Shown here: positions 27,404 through 37,699 of the stretch, in pieces
Position numbering within the stretch: the stretch's first letter is position 1
How the letters are laid out: each line of letters begins with the position of its first letter
Assembly (NCBI GenBank): GCA_015680685.1
Contig: MNCI01002843.1
Coordinates: 1 to 64,000, forward strand
Source of the DNA: Gnetum montanum
Lineage: Eukaryota > Plantae > Gnetophyta
Length of the DNA stretch: 64,000 nucleotides
Direction: 5' to 3'
Made by a program: the position numbers and the translations under genes
Notes under the pieces: generated by a model
What the model was told of the DNA's origin: nothing
The model's database searches: none
Seen by the model: only the letters and a program-made list of their open reading frames with translations

Positions 27404-27474
27404 TATATATCGATTTTTTGTGATGTGATATTGCATACATGATATTGCGTAAATATCGATAGACGCGATATCGT
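27404..27474 (-). promoter_or_regulatory. Putative internal promoter of the extra ORF (palindrome array plus TATA)
   Basis: GCGATATCGC-like copies at 27425, 27439 and 27465; TATA-like run 27404-27410; matching TATA run in C at 34678-34686. Confidence 0.55.
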
Positions 27475-28999
27475 GGCCTATCGATATTTAAGGCACAACA
27501 CAATATACCGAATTTTAAGATTTTTCTGAAATTTAAAATGTAAATTAAGGACATGTAGGCAAGTGTTAAAGGGTTCCAGAGTAATTTAGCTAGTTCTAAA
27601 GGCATGAATAATTATGTGTGGGTGGAATTGATCAATAAGGGCCTCAGGTGGTAAGGGAGAGAAAAAGGCCATGTGATGGTTCATAGGAACGTTGGAATTC
27701 GGAGGGATAGTAATAAGGGAAAGAATATCGTTGAAAATATGCTAAGGGTAATAGATGGCATGTGTGAGATGTGTTATGAGTGCAAATTACAAAAAATCAT
27801 GCAAGTGGGTTCTCCCCAAAGCAGGTTCCAACCTATAATGCCCTCGCGTAACCACACTTAAAAGTGTCCGTAGGCACTAGAAGGGTTAAATGTAATCCAT
27901 ACCAGTTTCACAAAACACACACATGTAGATACCACTGGAATGAGGTAATAATTTGACACTATATGAGATGTGAGCTACAATTACATGAATAGTGAGATGA
28001 GACGAACTATAGAAGGGATTGTAGAGATTGGGACATGAGGTATCTGACCCAGGGCACATTGAATCCTACGTGTAAAGCATGATTACTGTGTCATTAACCC
28101 GTTGTTCCAAGATCAGGACCAAGTCCATTCCTCTAATCAGTGACATCACATTGTGTCATCCCATGATGAGCGACTATGAGAGTACCATAACAAGGCGTAT
28201 GATCACTTGGCATTTTGTTCAAGGGAAGAGTGATTTTTGCTTTGTGGCACTTCCTTTGTGGTTGTTTTTTTTTTGTTTTTGTTTTTTTTATTACTGAATC
28301 CAGAGAAACCACCAACCTTCAAGCATGGGTGTATGCCTTTCCAGTGGAACCCCCTAGAACAGCATTGGATTTTTAAGTGCCTTTTAATTACTCTTACTCC
28401 CATTTTGCGTTAGATCTACAAGGATCTTAGTACAACCACGTTGCGTGATAACTCCCACAAACGTCACCAAAGAGAATCCTCAAGTTCCCTTGATGTCACA
28501 CCCTAATCATTCCCTCTTGATCCATCCTTCTTCATTCTAGGTATAATGAACACAAAATTAATTTTAATTTTTAAGAATGTCAAGAATATCACTGTACCCT
28601 CGAATAGAACCTTTTATTTGTAGAGTGGATGAGTGGGTGTAATGGGCTCACTATCCAAATAATTAATCACTCAAGACTCGATAACATAGAACACACCTCA
28701 ACCAATGAGCCACATGAGTGTTTTATTCATAGATGAGATTACTTATAAAAAGATAAAAAGATAAAACAAGAAATTGAAAAATGAAAAACTGGAAAACAAA
28801 AAATTTTAAAATTAAAGAAAATGAAAAAATATTTATTAGTCCTGCTTGTTATTAGAATGGGGGATATGCCCCATAACTAAATGGTTGAGCATGGTGAGGA
28901 CTAATAAATGAAAGATGAGGATCCTTGCATGTTGGAAATATTGAAACTTGGTCATACTTACCCCATTGGGGTTCACACACCTGATGATAGTAAGCATAG

Positions 29000-30850
29000 T
29001 GAGGCAATTTACAAGATGTGATTCTTGGGTAAAGAGTTAACCCACTATGATATTTGAGACTATAAGATGGTACACAAGGATTGAGATGTCACTCTCCATG
29101 GCTGTATTCATTGGACCATATGGTTATTGGAGTGTTAATTGGTGGCCCTGATGAAGTGACACGAGGCATTGGGTTCGAAGAGAAGGATGTACCACAGTGT
29201 TGGACTTGTGCTAAATTGGAGAATGCAATGGCCTCGAAACTATGTTGTCCCTTCCTATGGTCATGTCTAAAGAAGGGATGCCTTCGATGTTGCTGAGGTC
29301 TCTCACTACTGTTGGAAATAGTAGCACAAGTAACATTCATGGGTTGTTGCTGTGGTGTAAACACTTCAGGAACAGTTGGTGGCGACGTAGAAGGAGGGAA
29401 AGGATGAGAATGTTGAAATTTAGGAGAAGTGTAAGGTACACAAGGCAATGGTTGTGTTGAGGACATGGGCTGATAGTACCGAGAAGAATCATAATGCAGC
29501 GAGATAGAGTATGTTGACCTAGTTGGGGAAATAGGATGTTGAACTACATAAGCATTTAGATTCGGATAATACGAAGGGTGTCTCCAGTTTAGGGATATCT
29601 TCCCCCACGATTGGGATTGTTACCATTGTGATCAAACACAATATCTCTGTCCAAACTATGGGTGTAACATGCTTCCCCAATGCTCATATAATTGTAACAA
29701 GATTGGACATTGGCCCTTGATGTGATCATATAGGCAAATGTTGCATTCATACGTGTGATTGGCAGTTGAGCTCTTATTTTCTTCATCCCTTCTTTCCAAT
29801 TGTCTCATGATACTTTGTCTTGCTTCTCAGGTTGTCAAAACTCTATCTTCAATAATATCAATATATTCTCCACACTTTTTATGTGTCCATTCCAACATCT
29901 TATTGATCTTTGCCTCGACTTCTTCTAGTGAGTTTTGTATTGGCAAAGATGGTTCTTCCTCCTTGAGATAGGTTGATTTCTCCTTTTTATGATTATGGAC
30001 CTCTGTTAAGTTGAGATTTTGGTCCCATTGATGCTTTTCAACACTCTCCCATCTAGCCATTTCTCCTTCTTCTTTTGCTACCTGCTTAATAAGCTCTTGG
30101 AATTTATGGGTTCATAGTTTGTATAGTTGACCTTGGGCATACATCCCTAGGGTTTCTCTTGTTGCATCATGAAGCCCATCAATGATATGGTACATTAGCC
30201 TTTCCTTAGCGAACTCATGGCCTGGACAGTTGTTTAATAGTGCATAATATCTTTCTAAGGCCATGTCCAAGGGTTCATGTTGTGCTTGGTTCCACTCTTA
30301 GATTTGTTTCCTCAAGGCCGACACTCTTGCGTAGGTTTGATATATTTCATTAAAGATTTCTACCATTGTTGGCCAATGTCATATTGAATTTGGTTTTAAC
30401 GATCTATACCAGACTTTTGCTTGGCCAACAAGTGTCATAGGAAAGAGCTTAAGTTTTTGCCAACCATTATCAATGAATGTTGTTCCATGCATAGGCATCG
30501 TAGAAGGCTTGTAAATGTTGTTGTGGATCTAAGTCATAGCCTTCTGAAAAATTGGAAAAGTTGTTTAAATCAAGCCTGGGTAGGCGGCTCTCTTTACGAT
30601 GCCTACGGGAGATTTGAACAGCCTCTTGTATTTGTGTTAGGCTTGTAGTGGCTAGTAGGGGTTCATCATCATCGAGTAAGTTATGCTTTCGTGTGTTGGG
30701 ATGATGCTACCTTTGTTTATGTTTATAAGAAACCCCGACTTCGGATTGTGTACTCCAATCTTCATTGTCATATAATTCGTTGGTCCTCCAATGAATTGCC
30801 TCATTGGATATGACATTATCATAGTCTTGTAGGAGAGGCATGGTTGTGCA
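29000..30850 (-). pseudogene. gag: Element B gag (degenerate, short N-terminus, no protease)
   Basis: KLKLFPMTLVGQAKVWYRSLKP ~30430 and CNICLYDHIKGQC ~29720. P-rich tail followed directly by the internal PPT-like motif at ~28870. Confidence 0.85.
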
Positions 30851-30963
30851 ATTGTGTGTGAGTTTGTATGTGACTTTTTATAATTATTTCTACCTAAAAG
30901 ATATATCATTAATTCCTATACAGTGACCTTGTATGATATAACTAATCTAGATAACTAGCATCG

Positions 30964-30981
30964 TCCCCGGCAATGGTGCCA
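30964..30981 (-). promoter_or_regulatory. tRNA-Asp PBS of element B
   Basis: Minus strand TGGCACCATTGCCGGGGA. Confidence 0.88.
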
Positions 30982-30982
30982 A

Positions 30983-31771
30983 TGATGAGTGGCAAGGTAC
31001 CCCTACACTCAACTATATGAATATGAGCATTTCACACAAAATCGAGTTGAACTCCACAAATGGACTAGTTGTGGTATCTAGATAGTTACTCGTAGATCGC
31101 AGTTCGATGTCTTCCCACCTAGACTAGTATTAGCTATGTCACATATGGTTTAGTACAGCGTGAGATGTATGATGTGTTCCTATACTAATGCTACTCCTGG
31201 GGCTAATGGAAAATAATGTTAAATAAACTAGGAGAGAGAGAGAGAGAGTCTAAGCTAGCCTAAGTGCGATGAGAATCCATTCCTTAATCATTCGTACACA
31301 TCTTGGACTTCATGCATGACTACTACTGGGATTACCAAGCACAGATCCTAGGTACGCTACTGGGTTACCAAGTAGTCACACTTAAATGCTCATGATCAAG
31401 TCGTACTCATTCTGCGTTTAATAGGAGTTTAGGGTAAAGAGATGTTAACTATGAAAGCAATAAATAACAATAAAAATTAAATAATTAAACTAAGTGAATG
31501 TTGCAATGATGAAGTAATCTTGATCTTTATTGTCAGTCATGTGCATGTCCAAGTACGTCACACTCGAATAAGGATGTCGTACAATTACAATCACCACACT
31601 ACGGGCATGCATTGGGAGAAAAGGGTTGAGAGAATAACTACTTAAAACTAAACATTTAAAAACTCTAAAAATTGCCTACCAGATCTATCTACCTCTTATT
31701 TATAGATGAGGAGACAAGCTGCGATATCCCGTATGCGATATTGCGGCCAACAAAATGATGATAACTCATCA
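30983..31771 (-). repeat. Element B 5' LTR
   Basis: TGATG...CATCA termini, family blocks, adjacent PBS. Confidence 0.92.
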
Positions 31772-34126
31772 CCTATTGTTAACATGGCTAGGTTAGCATA
31801 GCAAAGGTTAGCTAACCCCACATATTCTTTCAAATTTTCCATCTATAGGTCATTATTTTTAACTTTCGCTTGGTGGGCATGAGCATAACTATCCAAGATG
31901 GGTTGCTAGTCTAGATTCTATGCTGATATGGAGCTAATTTGGGCCTTTGCCTTCTAAATCTCCTTCTATTGATTTTTTTATACATTCCTACCTAATCAAG
32001 GAAGTGTTCCTTTAGCTTTTCATGCTTCTTAGCTTCATTTTTCCATGCGCTAATCTCAATAGTTGATTTCTATCTAATTACACATACCTTCTTCAGGTTC
32101 TATTCTTCCTTGCTAAGTGACTCATATCTTGGTTAGCCCTCATCAATTGATCTCTCAACTAATGGATGCTTTCCTCCAAGATATTCTTTTGCTTCTTGAT
32201 GTTGGTTAACCTGGTATTATTTGCAGTAAGTTTTTTATTCTCTTCTTGTGTTGTTGTAAGTGCCTTAGCATGTGTATATGATTGTGCTTCTACTACTGAG
32301 GCATTTCACACCACTTTCTTCTTATTCTCCATCTGCTTATTTTACTTTAGCAGATAATTGAATTATTTTGTTCTAAATTGTTCTAGTTGATCAAGCGCAA
32401 TGTATTGAGTAACATCTTTGTGTTTTGCCCTCAAGGTCATAAGCTCTTCCTATAGTCTAAGGATTTCAACTTCTACATGCTTCGCCTTGGTCTTTGCCAT
32501 GACCAGCTTACCCCTAGTTACGAACATCTCTAACTGCACTACAATGACATCACTTAGAATGTCAAAAAGAATTATCATCACCTATCCAATCTACAACAGT
32601 TGATCTAGCACATCCTCATGATCAGTATAATTCATTGAGGTGCTAGCTCACATTTGAGGATCTTTGGCTCCAATTAGATCCACTAGTGGCATAACATGTA
32701 TGTTGAAAGATTTTTTAATGTGATCTATGATCACTTCTATGGCTCTTGTGGCATCTTGATGCTACATAATCACAACTGTGGCTCCTTCTATTTCAAGCAC
32801 CACTTGGAATGATGTAACGTTCTCAGAAATCTATTGTGACCATTAGGCCTCTCCTCCTAACTGCAATGGTTTCTATCCACTTACAAGATCTATGGAAACT
32901 ATGGGCTACATGACAATATCAATCACTTTGTAGAGGTTGGCCTCCTCCCCTGTTCCCCAAATAATAGTCTCTACAATTTGTTGCAGATGACTTATTGATG
33001 GCTTGTACTCCTGTGGCGACGATGGTGGAACTTGCTGTTGCTACTATTGTTTTTGTTACTACTGCTACTATTATTGTTGTTGCTACTACTGCTCTTATTG
33101 CTACTATTGCTCTTGTTGCTACTAACCAATGGGTCCCACTTGTTATTTTTGTTTAGTAACTTATGTGGTTTTCCTAGCTTCAATTTCTTTCTCCACTTAA
33201 TCTTTCTTTGGTGGTGCCAGCTTGAGGATTTCAGCATAAGAGACATTTTGAGCCTTCCTAAGGACATCATTAGTATACCCCAAGATTCCAACACATTTAC
33301 ATAGCTTCTTGATTAGGTAAGGAATGGAAGTATCAACTTCCCTACCTTCTTTTCCTCAAACCACCTTTGAATCTCCATAAAATAAAGTTGTGCAAGATTT
33401 TCATTGTACTTTCCCATCAAAATCACACTTCCTCTAGCCACATAGGTGGACAATTTGTTCAATCTCTTTATGAGAAATAGGTGGTACATGCCAATTTTGA
33501 AATAATTTCTTTCCTCCAGATTTAATTCATTATACTCTTTATCTTCTTGGTCATATGCCCTTTTTAGCAACAATTTTCTAGTTTTTTTTATTTAACCTGG
33601 TGGATAGAGGTGCTAATCTTGCCCCTTCATCAGGCATGTTCAAAGCTTGTCCTATTGCCTTGACTAAATAAGAAACAAAGACTCCTTCAATGTTTATTGT
33701 AGCATCTTCATCTTTGTTATGCCAGAACTGGTAAGTCTTCCCTAAATACCATTCATTACTATTGAAAAGGATGGGCCATAGTGGTGCTGCTTGGAGTTAT
33801 GTCCTTACCACTTCTAGAACAAACTCTACAAATGTTCCAAAGTTCATTTTCCCAATCACTGTGGTTAAGAGCAATCTCTCCTAGATATCTTGGAGACATT
33901 CTTGTGATAGTGTGAGATGCTATCCTTGTTCTTGTAGTCCTTCAGCATATGCTTGGACCAATTGTTCGATAGTAGGAGCTTCTTGACGAATATGGAAGGA
34001 TTGAGCCTCTTGCTCTACATGTTCTACTTGTGGCTCTTGTGCTCCTATTTGGCCTCTTCCTTGGCCTCTTGGTCGTTTGCTTGTCAATTTTGAGGGTCCT
34101 CCTATTTCTCTTCCCTTTGGGACCAT
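31772..34126 (-). pseudogene. Element C extra (env-position) ORF, 5' part
   Basis: ATG at 34126. Colinear with element B extra ORF (YFKIGMYHLF, KLILPFL, coiled-coil region). Interrupted at 31772 by the nested block. Confidence 0.85.
33030..33125 (-). repeat. Decayed CAA/CAG (poly-Gln) microsatellite in the linker of the element C extra ORF
   Basis: About 30 TTG/CTG/CTA/TTA triplets on +. Absent at the equivalent position in B. Confidence 0.85.
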
Positions 34127-36249
34127 TTGCAATCATCGAGGAATGAGGACTTATTAGAATGTGTTCTCTAAATTTTATAACTCCCTTCCTTTCTCATACC
34201 TTTAGTTAGATCAAATTCCTAGTTTATTAGGATTGTAGAGTTAGAAATATTTTCAAAAAGAAACCCCATAAGTGTTAATTTACTTATAACCTTTCACAAT
34301 TGTCCATTTCATTCTTGTTCATGGCTTGTAATGATTGTTATGGTTCCTTAAGACCATTATTTAAGTGTTTCTAGCATTAATGTGATTAATTTTTATTGAA
34401 AATTTTCAAGTTTCCCTTCATACTTACCCTTATAATACCTTTCGGACATTAGCAAATTCTAAAAATTTGGGTCAAATTTTCCTCGCTAGCACCCCTCCAT
34501 AACTAAGATGAGCACTTTGGGATCAGATAGATTCAAAAATCACTAAAATTGGAGCAATAGTAAGCAAGTTATGGTTTGGGAAAGCTAGGAGGTTATAGTG
34601 CAAATTGTATAAGAAAAATGGTAAAATCTCCCTTACTCAAATGTGAAAAATGAAAAAAAATTCAACTCAGTCCCACCTATATATAGATTTTATAGGCTCC
34701 AATATTAGAGATATCAGAGGGGCTCAAAGGCAAAACAATCCTTATTTTTTGATAATTTTTTAGAATAAAATATGGGCCATTTGGGATGGTTAGAAGTTAC
34801 AAAGCATGTTCAGAGGATCTCAGACTATGGATGATGCATATTTTTTGAGAATTTGGCATAGAAAGTTCATAAAGAAGGAATCTTGGGCTACGAAAGTTCA
34901 TGAAGTGTTGATAAGATGTGTAATGAATTCATGTTGTTGGAATGGAGATATTGAATAATAAAGAAAGGTTTTATTGACATTTATTGGTATTGGAAGGCTT
35001 AAGATAATGTGGAATTGCTTGGCAGGTATAAGATACAATAATTATACAAGTGGATCCTCCCCAAAGTGGGCTCTAGTCCTTAATGCCCTTGTATAACCAC
35101 ACCTAAAAGTGTCCTTAGACACTCAAGGAGTTAAATATAAACATACCTGTTTAGCAAAACACACATGTTAGTATCACCAAGTTGGGAAAATCATACTATA
35201 CTATACAAAACCACAAGTTATGACTATTTGTATAGTGAGCTAAAATGGATTTAAAAGGGATTGCAGAAATCAAGACGTGAGGTGTCTTACCATAGAAATA
35301 ATGAATTCTTATGTTTTATTAGTGGTTAAAGCAATCATTAGCCTTTCTGTCCAAGATTCAAGCCAAGTCCATACCACATTCTAGTCACATTACATTGTTT
35401 CATCTCTTGGATTAACAATTGTAAGACTATCACTATTGCAAGGAGTATTGTCACTTGGCATATTATCCAAGGAAGGAGTTTATTCATGGCATTATTTATT
35501 TTCTAGATTTCTAAGAAGCTACCTACCTTCAGGCATGGGCAACGTGTCATTCCAGTGGTACCTCCAAAAATTTATTCAGTGCACTTTTTTTTTTATTTGT
35601 GTCAACCTTACCAAAGGACTACCTTCAGGCATGGGTAACATGTCTTTCTAGTGACATGGTAAGGTAGCACTTATTTTACTCTTACTCCCATATTTTGTTA
35701 GATCTACAAGGATATAATACAACCTAAGCAATAGGATAAGACTAACAAAAGTAATTCAAGAGAGTCCACAAATCCCCTTGACGTCACACCCTTTACATTT
35801 TCACTTGGTTCTTCACTTTTCTATCTAGGCCTAACAATCACATGTTTATTCTTATTTGTATGATGAAAAAAGAATATCATTATGGCCATGGTAAGAACCT
35901 CTCATTAATGGAATGGATGGATGAATTTTGTGGTCATTCAAATAATTAGTTCCTTATGACTTATGACTTGATAGCATAGAGAAATCTTCATCTTATTAGA
36001 CTACATCTTACCTTATTCATAATGTGTTTATTAGTCATCAAAATTATTTACAAAGGTTATGAAAATAAAGTATGAAAAAGATAGTAAAAACAAAAAAAGG
36101 TGTAAAGAATGAAAGATGTTAAAAGAATGGAAAAATTGTAAAGAATTGAAAAATGTCAAAGAATATCGAAATTTTAAGAAATAAAAAGTATAAAAGAATG
36201 AGAAAATATCAAAGAACATGAAATAATGAAAAGAAAACAAAAACTTCAA

Positions 36250-37600
36250 TGAAGTACCTACAATCTCATATTAACACCAACGAGCCAACCAAAATTTGGT
36301 GCTGGATACCTTTAAAATTTATTTTCCTTTTTTATTTTGTTGTAGAGATTGTCACCTCATCTGTGACTGACCCGTGAGTCGTATCCCATGGAGGAGCGGT
36401 TAAAAAGTCAAAGAAATCATCAAGACAATAAATAGTTAGAATTGAATCCAATCAAATTTCATACTTATGCCTGTCACTCATAAGCAAAATTATAAACATT
36501 TATCCTAACTTCCAATCATAATTTCAAGAATAAGGATTTATAATTAAATCAAATTGAAATTATAAATAATAATTGAAGATTACAAAGGAGGCTTGCCCAA
36601 ATTGCAATCCTGCCCTGTTGTCTCCACAATGTAGCAATTTGGTTGTGAATTACAAAAATTGCCACAAGGTTCAACAAATCTTTTATAAAATCTCAAGAAT
36701 AATTTATTCCAATGTGATATGGAATTTACTGGTATCAACTCCTTCTTCTTGTTTTCTCAAAAGAAATGAATTCTCTTTTGATGTTCTCGTAGAATCCCCT
36801 CTCTTTTCCTTTTCTCTAGTGCCTGATTTATACTGCCACCAAGTTTAAAAATAAATATTACAATAATATCTAAGTATTGCGAAACCCAATACAGATCCAT
36901 TAAAATTGGTATTACTTCCAATCTTGGCTTTCTAGTATTTTAAATTAATATGGATTCTCAAGGAAGTGGCAAAAGAGGTGTATGTGATGCTCCATGCATT
37001 CATCCAAGAAGAAGGTTTGCTTTAAGCCGATGGAGAATTCAGTAGAAAAGCATGCATAATAGCATCGGTTGGTGTATGCTTTGCTTAATTCCCTTATCAT
37101 CTGCGAAATTCTCTACCACTGCCTTTGCTGGCACCTTATCCTCATCAATCTCCACCACGCCATTACTTGTACCAATGTTTAAAAATAAGTATTGTAATAA
37201 TAAATAGATGCAGAAGAATTTGATACCAATCCATTATTTTTGGTGCAAGTGCCAAATCTAGCATTCTTGTTATTATGAATTTGCTAGAAATGGTGGGAGG
37301 GATATTGCAAAAATGAAGAAGATAACTTAGACAGCTTGCAACCAGCAAAATTCCAGGACCATCATCATTGTCATTGTTATCTGATGATGGCAATGATGAT
37401 GGTGGCAGGTTCAAATCAGGTAGCAACTCCTCCTTTCCTGTCACTGTATATAATATATATATAATATTTTATAATATAGTTTATGTAAAAATTANCACAT
37501 CAATTAACTAATCATAAAATAATAATAAACTAATATTTATAACTTACATAAACAAATAAAATAATCGTTAAATAAACAATTAACTATATGAAATATAGAA
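36250..37600 (-). other. Foreign ~1.3-kb insertion in the element C spacer, with exon/intron-like pieces
   Basis: No counterpart between the PPT-like motif and T-rich tract in A or B. Minus-strand acceptor TATACAG (~37445) then VTGKEELLPDLNLPP. Duplicated intron-end block at ~36840 and ~37175. Boundaries approximate. Confidence 0.6.
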
Positions 37601-37699
37601 TGAAATTAATTAAAATGCATAAGTTTGACAAAAATACTTATTAAAATTGAACAAATTTTTTTGTGTTCACCAAACACCCCCATGACTATCATTGAAATC

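Larger units (their letters stand above)
23814..31771 (-). mobile_element. Element B: non-autonomous Athila-like element (gag plus extra ORF, no pol) with truncated 3' LTR
   Basis: 5' LTR 30983-31771, PBS 30964-30981, gag, spacer, extra ORF, PPT GTGGGGGTA at 23945-23953 (minus), and 3' LTR stub 23814-23944 matching 31638-31771. Confidence 0.9.

Noticed and set aside
33032-33304. Poly-Leu ORF that looks like a signal or membrane peptide (and the poly-Ser/Asn ORF 32992-33294)
   Set aside because: Antisense and off-frame shadows of the decayed poly-Gln repeat.
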